The notes beneath the pieces are model-generated. The model did no database searches. It had not been told where the DNA came from and saw only the letters and a program-made list of their open reading frames with translations. A DNA stretch of 64,000 nucleotides from Phallusia mammillata (lineage: Eukaryota): positions 19,778,001-19,842,000 of the forward strand of contig OZ281497.1 of NCBI GenBank assembly GCA_965637545.1, in the 5' to 3' direction. Of the stretch, positions 25,401-37,900 are shown piece after piece (positions within the stretch are counted from its first letter, which is position 1; the number at the start of each line of letters is the position of its first letter). Made by a program: the position numbers and the translations under genes.

Positions 25401-27958
25401 TTCGCAATCTTCAGACAACAGCATCGATCTGTCCGCCGAATCTCAATTCAAAACTTCTCACACCGACCAGTCACAGCGACGGGCTTCAGATAGCGGGAAC
25501 GTGCAGGATATGGCTCCAAGCGTTGTGATGTTACCGGCAACCGGCATGCTCCCTTCTTATTACATTCCCCCAGTTTATCCGGACGCTCCCCGTCCCAAGG
25601 CTCCAGCAGGTAGAAAATCTAAACCTGTCCTGCGTCGTAGGCGTTCCTTTCCAGGCCCGATTAGTTCATCATCCGTGGCTAAAGCGAGGTTGAATCGTCG
25701 ATACGGTTTGGCGAGAAACTACGCCGCTGTTAAGTTTGCTAAACCTACACCTCTTGCTCTTAACCAGTCGCACCCGGTAACCCGTCCACAGGTCGTACGA
25801 CGACCCCGCTTCGCCCGAAGCAGCTTGTCCGATGACGTAGTGTTTCAAAGCATTGAACAACGGTCAGGGGCTCCAGTGTTCGTAACGAAACCAAAGGTAC
25901 AGCTTTAAAGATAAGTATACGTTAAACTTATTTACGTAAGCGTATAACGACGCCTGTTGCACATTGCAGACCCCTTTACCTAAAGCAGCTGATAAAGAAG
26001 CAGCGGAGAAGCCCACTAAGAATGAAACAAATGATGCTGAAGGTAGAACAAATGATGTTTTCTTGTTTGGGTATACTTGTTAAATTTGTGGTGATTAGAA
26101 AAAAAGGCTGCTGAAGTGTGGCTTTCCTCGGGAGGTGATACTGGCTATACATCGGGTGCAACATCTTCTGGAAGAACAACTCCAGAAGCAGTAGATTCTC
26201 ATCCTGAACGACCCACTCAGAGATTGGATGCGATACCAGAAGACAGCAAGCAACAGGTACAAATTTGAATGAAAATATTTAGCGTAGACAAACCGTTTAA
26301 AGGATGAGAGTTTTGCAGGTAGATACAAGTGTACAAGATACTAGTGTACAAGATACAACTAAGGACGTGTCTGAAGATCATCAGGATGTTGTTGAAGACA
26401 AACATAGCAAAAGTAAGATAGTTTAGTAAAAAATGAGCCAAGTTTTACACGTATTTACACGGTAACTCTACAACACCGTGCTGCTCGTAGACCAGCTTGT
26501 TTTGGTGGAATACCTCTTTTGTGCCATGCCTACTTCTGTTTGTATATGAGTGTATTATGGTTGGTATGCATGGACACTCATAAGGCTAAAGTATACAACA
26601 TCTTCTTATTTCAGGCAAAAAGGTGACACACTTTCAAACGATTAAGCGAATCAAACGGTTTATGTCGACGAAAAAAGTTGGCAAACACGATCACACAGTC
26701 GCTAATCCGGAGCAGATTCGGACGCAGCAAGATGCCAGTGAAGTAGAAGACTCCCGGATGTTCCTCAGAAAAAGCAAAACTGACACCAAGTTACCTAAGA
26801 CATCCGACACCACAGTTACACATGTTGGCAAAGGTATGTTGCTGAAAATAAAACCGAAATAACAGTTACACTACTTTGTTATAATTTCAGGAGCAGCGGT
26901 CAGAGAGATTTTCAAGAAGTCTAAAAAGTCCTCAATAGATAAAGGAAGCAACAGTACATTAAAGGGTACAGAGGAATTTAAAAACGTCTCTGCTAAAATT
27001 GCTAGTCGTCCAGGGGCGGAAACTAATCGACCCCCAGGGCCACGAGAAAACTATGACATGAAACTAGCTCTTCTTAAACCAAGTTTCGTGGCTGTAGCTC
27101 CTTCTGAAATAAGGCCGGTCGAGGACCAACAGAAAAACGTGACACACATAGCTGGTGAGTAAAGTTTACTTTTAAGTTTTACTAGATACCATAGTATAGA
27201 ACCGAATACCTTTTGCAAGCTTTGAAATTTAGCCTACAAATTAGTAACTTTAGTAACAAATTAGTAATTGAGAAAATTCAATATGGGTTTAGGGTGAACG
27301 CGCTCTATAAAGCAACGGGCTCGCTGTGTTTTTATTTGGCAACAACACAAGCTCAAAACTAGATGGTAAAGAGTTGTTTAAATATTTAGACAAACCAGCA
27401 CCAAATCCCGGAAGTGCTTTGGACACAAGTATCCAACGAACAAACACTCGACGGTCCGTGTCAACCCCAGGAATACGCATCAACTCTGAGACGGGTGACG
27501 TCATCGATGAGGAAAAATCGGCGCATACTACTTCTATGGCGCAACATCAACCTATGCACAAGATTCTGTCGAGCACGGCGATTGATGATGACAGTTTGGA
27601 AGATGGTGCATCACAATCAAGGACTCTCCAAAATTATGGGGTTAACAGTGAATTGCAGGTTACTGACGAACAGTTAAATCTCATGGGGAAAAGCAGGGAA
27701 TCCACAGTTATATAATTTTTTTGACTTGTAGAAGAGTGTTTATTTTTTCACTTTGTTTGCAATACAGATTTTGGCATTAAGTTACGACGCTTATTTGAAA
27801 GCTAAGTCTTCTCTACGGCATACTTTAGATCATAGTGCAAGGGTCCCCTTGAACTGTCGGATAACCATCAATACCCGTTGCTCCCTACTCACCAACAAAA
27901 GAAAAACTTAGATATGTCGAATTCTGAATATAAAAGGAAGGAGTTGTTCTCACAATAA
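19429..27958 (+). CDS. Uncharacterised ~2200-aa Ser/Thr/Pro-rich, largely low-complexity protein (about 15 coding exons)
   Basis: Phase-compatible exon chain: 19429-19573, 19954-20137, ~20198-20330, 20628-20806, ~20871-20959, ~21032-21177, 21308-21423, 21487-25896 (the 1475-aa ORF), 25970-26042, ~26099-26257, ~26319-26412, ~26615-26834, 26891-27154, 27363-~27659, 27768-27958. No globular domain recognised. Confidence 0.75.
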
Positions 27959-28992
27959 GCACTAAATTACTTCACATTATAAAAACGCCTAAGGTAGCTT
28001 TTATCACTACATAAAGTGTACCAAAGTCCCCAGTGTATTTTGATGAGTTTTCTGCAACATATGCTCCCATAGAAAGCGAACAGGTGCTTATGATTGGATT
28101 GTGTGTATATATAGGGTAAAGGTTCTAAATTGTACGGACAATCCAAAGCAGTGGAGAAATTTTGATGAGAAAGCTGAAAATGTTAAGTAATTCCCAAATT
28201 GGAAGTGTCTCGTTAAACAAGACCGTGCCTTGATCGTACAGACTAGCAACACAAACCCATGGTTGAATGGTGTAACTACAGCCAGGTCTTCCAATATAGC
28301 CTACAACTTAGTTTTGTGATGGCGAGTTAAGGTAAATTATTCTACTCCGACAATAGCAAAATACAACGTCTCTCAACGACCCTTTATTCATCAACCGTCG
28401 CGCATTTCACTTCATATACAAGCTCTGTCGCCTTTTGCGGGCGAAACAAAATTTACATGTGGGGCCGAGTTAGGGCCTGTCATAACAAAACAACCCACCA
28501 AAAACCAACAAGACCCAAGGCATAAATTATCTTTAAGACTAAAACAAGTGGTTTGCTGAAGAAAAAACACCAAAGGCTGAACAACCAACCAACTCAGCAA
28601 ACGATAAAGGTAATTCCAAAACCTTTTTCCGATTTGTGGTCCATTGGCGGTTATCGAGGGGTTTCGAAGTTAAAAGCACCAGCTGGGACATATCTATAGG
28701 ATGCAGAAAAAACTAGGGACGGCGAAAATCGTATGCTGCAAATAAAACGGTGGCCGGCTCCATGGTCTCGTGTTTTTACTGTGGCAACGTACGTGAATTA
28801 TATTTCATAGGCGGGAACAAAGTCATCAAAAAACAAACATTTTAATCACAGGTGACTATAAAAACGCGCACCCGTCCACAATGGCCGCCGCATCAGCTAA
28901 ACAATTACCCAAGCACATAAGAATCAGTCCACCGCAAATGTCGGCCCCGGCAGCCGCGAAATGAACGTTTGGTGGCGCCAGAGAGAAAGAGT

Positions 28993-31900
28993 TCACTCGG
29001 CGACGGCGTCGTCATCACTGTCGTCGACCGCAAGTAAAGCAAACTTGCTGTGCGTCACAAAGTTCACCGGTTGTTCGTTCGCCACTGGAGGCGCTGCGGG
29101 ACGTAATCTTTGTTGCTTTCCTGGTTTCCTAGTGGGCTGCTCCTGTCCAGCTGTGACATACGTGGGGACAGGTTTAGTTTTGTGAAATTACTTACTTTCG
29201 TATACTTACGTCTTGATTATTAAATACAATATCAGCAAAAAATTAGGCTTAGATGTAGTTTCCCTTCTCACGATCGGAAACCAGTTTGGCACAAACCAAC
29301 AACATATTGGACGTTTCAAGTAGCTTTTCCGGGTCGCTCTTGGTTTAACAGCGCTTGCCCGGGAACAATATATCCTCATGTACACAACTTACGTGCATCA
29401 GGTCTGTCGCATTCTGGCCTAGAATCCCCACTCGAATCTCTTTTTCTCTCCGATGCATCACTTCTGTTATAAGCACCACAGATAAAAAGTTAATAAAACA
29501 TATCGGCAATATGTGTTCCATAAAAATATGGCCAGACCTAGTGTTACAATATAAGTGTTTGTTGCATTTTTAAAATTTTTTTTAAACGACCAACACAAAA
29601 ATTTACCTTGATCCGCGGTTTTCCCGTCGATTCCTGTTCGATGTTTGATGGCGATCACCTCTGTAACTTTCACTATCGCCGTCACCACGACGACGGTTGG
29701 CATGGAAATCCTGGTCACGGTTTGATGCTTGTCCACGTCCACCACCTTGGTACGGTCTGCGTCCCTGCTGTGGAAAACGATAACTTTAACTTTTCGCAGC
29801 AAACTTTAGAAATAAGAACAATACACATTATAAGTTTTTGAACTCTCCGTAAGTTCAAAGCGTTTTTTGGGAAAAAAAATTAAAGCGTACATTTTGTTTT
29901 GTTTGAAGTAAAAGATTTTGTTAAAGTTCTGTGATCCTACCATCAAAAAATCTAAATCTAATTAAAAAAGTATTGGCCTTTGGAACACTATACACGGATC
30001 TGTCTATGGGAAAATAACAGTCAAAAGCGCGACATGCTTTGTTATTCCAACGTTTCGGGCAAGTGATCATGCCCAGTGTTTTGGGGGATTTCTCCAGCGG
30101 TTTCCCAAAATTTGGACTTGCAACTACAACTACAGTTTTTGGTATTTAAATGAAACACTTGCGGTCTCTTAAAACTACTTAGCGGTCACCCAAACCAAAC
30201 CTTAAAAAAACCTGATCATGCCATCATCAGTGATATAAGGTTACATCAGTTACACCCGTTTATAAACATTTGAGTCGCATAAAAGATTGGCTTTTATTCG
30301 AGAATTCAGGAACAAAGGCCACGGAAAGACAACATGGCTTGGCAAGGAAATTATATTTCGGTATATTCAATTCAACATCGATGTCCCAGTGGACTTACCA
30401 TTCCGCCACCGCGGTCAGAATATTTTCTTTCGTTGCTTCTGCGATCATGCTGTGTTGGCGGTTGACGATTCGCCGCGTAATGAGTTCTCGGCTGTTGTTG
30501 CGCGGATTCAATCGATTCTCTTCCATCACCTGGTTCATTGCGTGCCTGAAGAGAACTCTCCTCGACAGCGGCACCTTCTGGCCGTCTGTTGAAGTCGTAC
30601 AAATGCTCAATACAGGTTTTACGCCGTAATGTCATGTTGTTTACAGAAGGGAATATTATTTACAGAAGGGAATATCAAAATTTCTGATTCCATGGAATTA
30701 CATTGAATTTATATGCTTATTATTGGTTTTAGCGTTATGGCTGGGAAATTAAAAAGTGCTGAAATACAGAAAACAATTTGGATCCTCATAGAAAAAAGTA
30801 CCACTGCTTTCAAATTTTGAACGTCGTTACCAGTACGTTTTTGTATCGTTCTCTGTGCATGTCGCTCAATTCAGTGTCGAAAATCGATTACCAGAGTATT
30901 AAAACAAGATTTTCACCTATGATGACTTTAAATGACAATCTCGAAAGAATTTGACAAACTTAAGTTCAAAGTTAGTAGTTCTAAGATTTCCGCCTTTTGA
31001 GTCGAGCCAATACCCGAGTTCAAATCAGGTTTCGATAATCGCATGAAACTTCTAAAAACTAAGAGGTGCTTTACAATTTTCACGATTAGCCCAGTCGCAT
31101 TGCGCCCTGGTAAATTTATTGGCGAAAAACAGCGATTGTTCGTGGTCTTTGTCCGACAGAAGACCTCCATGGCAATGTACTCGGGTACTGGCTCGGTTTA
31201 TCCCTTCCCCAACAGCAGTTCAATACAGTTCAAATACGAAAAAGGCGAACATCAAAAAATATCTCAAACACCAACAGGGCCGCATCAAATGTACAAATAA
31301 ATTTTTGGGGCAACTTTCCCAACCCCCAGCGTGCATGACGTCAGACTACCTGTCCTCCTCCTCCTCCTGACAATTTCCCTCCGCCTCCTCTCGCTCCCCG
31401 CGATGCTCAGTCATGTTTTTCGGCTCATCTCTCTTCCATGCGTTAGGTGGCGACCCACCTAGCAACAACACAAGTATAGTTTGTAAGCATATGCAAGGCC
31501 GTACTATTTTTCGTTCTCAAACGTTTGACGAAATAAAAGATACCATCGTTATGACCAGAATCCGGCTGTGGTTGACGCTAAAATCATTTGTGTGGGTATG
31601 AGTATTTCCTCACGCAGTTCAGACGTAAGATATAGTGCCTCATATTAAAAAAAGAAATTTTTTTCCGGCCAGTATTGCACGTTCTAGAAACACATACACA
31701 TCATACACTGTATGATAGGGTTATATGTCTTGAAGCTTAAACAATATCTTTCGTAACCACATATCTATGAGACTGAATCCATAAACTAGATTGCGTTATT
31801 GTGAATATAGAACTACAAACATGGACAACAAATTGCCACACACCCGAAGGAGCCTGATCTGAGGTGAATTTCTTCTTTCCCCAGGGACTTTCCTTGGGTA

Positions 31901-34900
31901 CCGGGGCGGGTTTGTATTCAGCTTTGCGTTGTTCGGAACCAGACGGTTTTCGGCTTCCGTGACCTTGCGGTGAAACGACTGAAATGAGACAAGATTTATG
32001 AAAAACCGTTCTTGTTTAACAATCTGTAACAACTGTTAAGCTGGTAAAAGAATATTTCAGTCAAATAAAACAACATTTTTGAAGAGACATTCGTTACTGT
32101 TGACGTTGTTCAGCGCATCTACATTTTTTTTAAAGAGCAAAATAATTGGTACCCTTGGTTTCGTTTGTGTTTTCTTGTTTTCTGCGGCACAAACAAAATT
32201 TCCTTTGGCAAACCAAGTTACAACAACAAAAAACAGACAAGCCATACGATATTCAAAACATGCTAATTTGAAACAAGGCGAGCGGTATCCTATAGGACGT
32301 CGCTAGAACTGCATTACCAAAAGGAAAAACCAGTGCAGCAAATTGGTATAGCCTCCTGTTATTAATTGATTCGCTTTTTTTTTTGAAAGCAGTCTGGCAT
32401 CTCAAACAATGCAAAGTCCTCTTACCATCCTGATCCTCACTTGACCTCGTCGATGACGTCCTTGACCTTCTAGGGGATTTCACCTGGTAATCGTCACTTC
32501 TCTCGCTCGTTCGGCGACCACGATTTCTCTGTGGTTCGCCTCTACAGAACACATGGAAAAAAATTTGAATTAATAAATTTTTACATCTGTAGTAAAGACT
32601 AAACAACAGTTTATCATAAATTAAATTGCTACTTCCGTGTGTGTAATACATATGCTTAGAAAAGACGATATATGGGTATTTAAATAATATTTCTAATTCC
32701 ATATGTGAAATACATGTTCTTCTTGAAAAAAGACGAAAATTTTAAAGTTAGTTTAAATTATATTTCTAATTCTGGATGTGTAATAAGTATGCTGAAAAAG
32801 AAAAACGACAAGTTCTTCTAAAACATATACATTTCTAATGCAACACTTAACAACATGTACATATCTAAAACAGAAACACATTCTTTTACAAAAGTTCACT
32901 TTCCAAATATGCCACAGCAAGTATCCCCCAAAAAACTTATTTTATATTTTATCCATCTTTTTTACACTAATTACATCAATATATAGGTTGCATTGCATTT
33001 GTAATTGGTAAAGCAAGTTTTTTGAACAAGCTTCACAACTTGCCTATCATCACCGAACTCTTGCAGGTACTGTTGTTCCTGTCTTCTCAATTTCTCTTCG
33101 ATTGCACGCTCTCGAGCAGCAGTGTCCACTGGTTTTGCATCTCCAAACACAGACACTGATTTTGGCTGTGTGGGTGACTTCTGCTTTGCCCTGCAATATG
33201 GTGGGTTAATAAATAAACTTTTGCTGTCGGGAATAATGTATTAACAAATTTGTAGCCCTTTCAGAAGTTTTTATTACAATATGCCACCTTTTCGATGTCC
33301 TGTACGAGACCTTCTTTAGGGTAATGACATAAATTAAATTGAAACAAGTTGTTATAAAGCAACAAGGGCGATGAAACACATAGGAAAATAACGAAAATAG
33401 TGGCTAACTATGTATTTTTAATGTGTTGGTATTTACAGTTCTAGTATTTCCCTTTCTTGCGCAGCAATTTTTTCTTCCATTTCTCGTTCTCTTGCTGCAG
33501 TGTCAACTGGCTTTGCACTTCCAAATATGTTGGTTGATCTACAAAATAACATGTTTAATATCCACTTTTAACCACAATTTATACTCAATTCAATTAATAT
33601 TACTGTATACTTACTTTTTTTCAGCAACAGGTTCTTTTACATTTCTGAAAAAAATGTGAATATAAAATAGTTAGCATTTTGCCCAACTTTATTACCCATG
33701 CCCTATCTAAAATGCACCAATGTCCTTAAGTGGTAATATGCATTCCATACTACATTTTTACTAGACTTTAGCTGAAGAAACTTAAAACTCCAACATCATG
33801 GTTAAATGTATGACAGAAAAACGAATTGAAAAAAAAAAACAGGTGAAGTTTTGTGCATGATCTCACAGGCCACACTGTGGTGAAACACTGCTAAGGCACT
33901 TGGTCAAATTTATTAAAACAATGACAACAAAAATTTACGTTTCCTTCTTGCCAATTTTTTCCTCAATTTCCCTCTCTTTGGCAGTTGTGTCTACAGGTTT
34001 TGCACTTCCAAATATGGAAGATGACCTAGCAATACACCAAGAACGTATTTGTTCACTTGAAATATATGTTCAGTAAACATTTTGAGTCCAAATGTTAAGT
34101 ACATTCTATCCAGATCATGTGGTGCATAAACAGAATCGAGCTAATATTTTAAAAAATGTACACTTCTCTTTGCGTTTTGAAAATAATATACTTATGACCC
34201 TATTTCTGTTCTAGGGTGACAATTTCTTTTTGCCAGTTACACATGCACTATGGCTTATTTAAATAATGTATCCACTACAATATTTTACACTTGGGTTAAA
34301 AAACAGCAAAATTGTGCAAGGCCAACAAAAAGCTTTGTTTTGGATTGCAATCTCAAAAATTGGGTGGTTTTGGAGACTCTCCAACCCTTATTTCACATAC
34401 GATTCAAAATGCATAAACCACACATAATTATAAAGTTGTTAGTTATAACCATATTCAACTATCGGGGACTATAGGATAAATTAACAACCTGGTAGATGCA
34501 TTTTCATCAGCAACGGGTTTCTGTCTTGGTTGCAGTTTAAGCTGTGGTCTTTCCCGTGAAGGTTCTTGTGGCTGATTATAATCACCACTTCTTTGTCTGT
34601 TGTAACCCCTGTCACGGCTATATCCAGAGTTGTATCTATCATCGCTTGGTCTTCTTTGGTACTGAATGTGAAAACAAACATAATTTGGCTTTTTAGTTGT
34701 CTGACATCTAGACTAACATGTGATTGTACATACAATACAGTCGCAAATTTTATAGGTGAAACTTAACAGAAATTAATTCGCAAAAATATTATGACTGGTA
34801 AGACTGCTTTTGGCAATCAAGGTCAAGAGGTTTTTATTGTCAAACACACATACAGTCATATTTGTCTTCAAATTTTTAAACACAAGATGACTGTTGCACA

Positions 34901-37900
34901 ATGCACACCATAAAAAATTCTACTTATTTGTCCCTTGCAACACAATACACAAAATCCCTTGTAACACAATAGTGTTAAAAAATCACTGGTCTACACCAGG
35001 GGTCCCCAAACTACGGCCCGCGGGCCAGATCCGGAAGTCATTTCATCCGGCCCGACCAAATTTTTTGGTTTGCCAAGTCGTATTGATAACTATGTGACAT
35101 TCAAAAATTAATCTACTCCTTACGAAAGGTTTCTTTCTGCGATATGTAGAATTAATATTAGGCTACAACGCCCAGGATTGATTCAAAGCCGGTTTGTTAC
35201 GTCACAAACAACACTACGAGTGTTAATTGTGCTCAAACAATTGCCTTCTTTTGTTACTTGCGACATAATAAACAAACATTGCTCGTAAGATGAGACTAAC
35301 TATTCAGTTTGACAGTCGCATTAGCAGATTTTAAATGGGATTGTAAAAAGACCATATCTTGGCGCTAGCATAAGAATCACCTCGCGATCTAAGTTTGGAA
35401 ACATGGCGCTGTAAACTATGCTGCCCGCACAAATCATTATTACACTTATCCGGCCAGCAGTGGAAAAAGTTTGGTGACCCCTGGTCTACACCATGGATGC
35501 GCAACCTTTTTGCCATTTAGCTGCATTAGATGTCCTTATTTCACCAACAGCCGCCAAGTGTCTATTTTTGGTCATAAGTATAAGATAAAGAAAATGACAT
35601 TTTATCGACTTGCACCAAAAATTCAAATTGATTTCTAACTGTATCTAAAGATTGAACTCAACGAGTCCTAAATGTTTATCATGTCACCATACATATTTGT
35701 GACTGTGAGGGGTTCCATTTGTTTACCCACTCACAGATTGTGCACCCCTGATGTAAACTATGTCTTAGCCATGCCTTGTCTTACAAACCTGATCACTTGA
35801 AAAACCAGATCTCCAAGATCCACTTTCTGAACCATAATCACGGGATGATCCTACAATAAAAACATATGGTTAGAAGTCTGCATACAGATACAATGCTTTT
35901 CCCTAAATTTCTATACATGTTCATTTTCATTTGAACAAGCTACAGAAAATGCATGCAGCTATATCCCTACACGACACCTCGACTGTTAGAAGGTCGTTGA
36001 CCCCTATCATAATGTCCATCGTATCTTTGACGACGTTGGTCTCCATAACGGTCTCCGTGCCCGTAATCACCATAACTATCACCACGATGCCTGTCCATGC
36101 CACGATAGTCATTGTCTTTGTAACAAACAGAAAATTAACTAAAAAGTCTTTAAAAAAAGATAAAATGATATATATACTATGTCTGCATGATTTGATTTGA
36201 GGTGACACAGTGCAAAAATAATGCCAGAACAAAGATTGTGTCTATCCTTGTTGTTTTAAGCATCAAAACAAATTCTACAATTTTCAAATGGCACATCAGG
36301 CCTTTATGTATTTGTGTATTTATAATTTGTTTTTACAGCAACCAATAGTAAAAACAGGACCAAAAACACGTTTTAATATTTTGTGTATAAATCAGTCATT
36401 AAAACTAGGATTCAACACATAATTAGTTTCTACTAAACATCTGGGGGAGCAAAAGTTTAAACTTTGACATAAGGATCAGAAATCTAAATTGCTTAAAACA
36501 AGATGTCATTAAGTTTAGTATGACTAATGTGTGATGTCACAATACCCTGACCAGGCTGAGCCACCAACACACACAACAATAGAAGTTATGAGCCCTGTAA
36601 AAACGCCAGTCAAAGATTTAAGGCTTGTTAACACAGTTACTATTTTGCGTCATATTATACAAATATAAAGTTTACCTCTTCTATCAAAACTTGATTGAGT
36701 TGTTTCTTGTGATGACCGCCTCCAGTTGCCAGCGGTCGGGTCTGGTCCACTGCTGTTGCTTCCATACCTGTCCCGGCCCCATGGACCACTGTCAGCTGCA
36801 AACAAAATTTGAAATTAAAATTGGGAAATATATCTCCCTTTACCTAGTGGTAGGACGATACCAGGTTTTGAAGCGAGTACCGATACCGAGTACCACATGT
36901 ATATACCTTCGAAACCGAGTACTTAAGTGTAGTATTGTAGTTGGTTGTATATCACTGGCTAATTTATCAGCCATGGTCGGGGTACAGGCGTGCACACACA
37001 CATGCCGAAAAATGAAATCTCCACGTGATAGCGAAAAAGATATACATAACGTGGCGGAACTTTTTTCCAATTTTTTTTTCCAATAATTTTAAAAGTCTGA
37101 AGCAAATTTTGGCATAAAGTTGCCTGTATTCTTATGGTGTAAATCGGCCTTCATTACTCGCATCTTGATATCGAAAACTGAGACAAAATATTTCGATACC
37201 GAGTACGAGTGTATCGATACCACTCTAATCGTTTGATGCTGAGTACCCACCGAGTACCGGGTAGTCGTCCCATCACTACCTTTAACTAATACAGGTATTT
37301 TTAGCAATGCTTAATTTTTGTATTTGGACGATGTTTATTTAAAAAATTGTTTATAAATGACATGCTTTAGTAAATGTATATATATGAGTAAACAATACAA
37401 CCAGTAATTATTATTTTATAACAAGGAATTTCACTAAACCGACAGGCCAGCATCCTGTCTGTTTGCAGTCTGTCAGTTTAATGTTTACAGGAAACATATG
37501 TGAATTCATCACTGAGTCGGCACCAATCTCTCAAAAATAATCTTGTAAAAAAGACCTTATTTATGTATGCTATACGGTTTTTTTTCCAAAATATTATCTG
37601 CTGCGTCTTATAATATTATTTCCTTTTTATGTACAAATTTTACCATTGGCGTATTTTCAACCGCGAGGTTTTTGCAGCCGTTTCCCGATTCTGTGGCACT
37701 AGTGTAATGTTTCTGTACTTCTATATACCATTTTCAGTCTCAAATTAATACAATACAAAAAAATAAAAATACATATGTTAAGTGGATTGATTTAGGCAGT
37801 GATTCATAGTGGAATGGAACGAAACCAAATAACGTTATTCATTCTGAGCAAATTATTTATTTCGTTATTTCGTTCTGGACCGATATTTTCATTTCGTTCC

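Noticed and set aside
30928-31300. Short ORFs in an eIF4B intron (possible extra exon or snoRNA)
   Set aside because: Flanking exons join in phase without it, and no C/D or H/ACA box arrangement could be supported.
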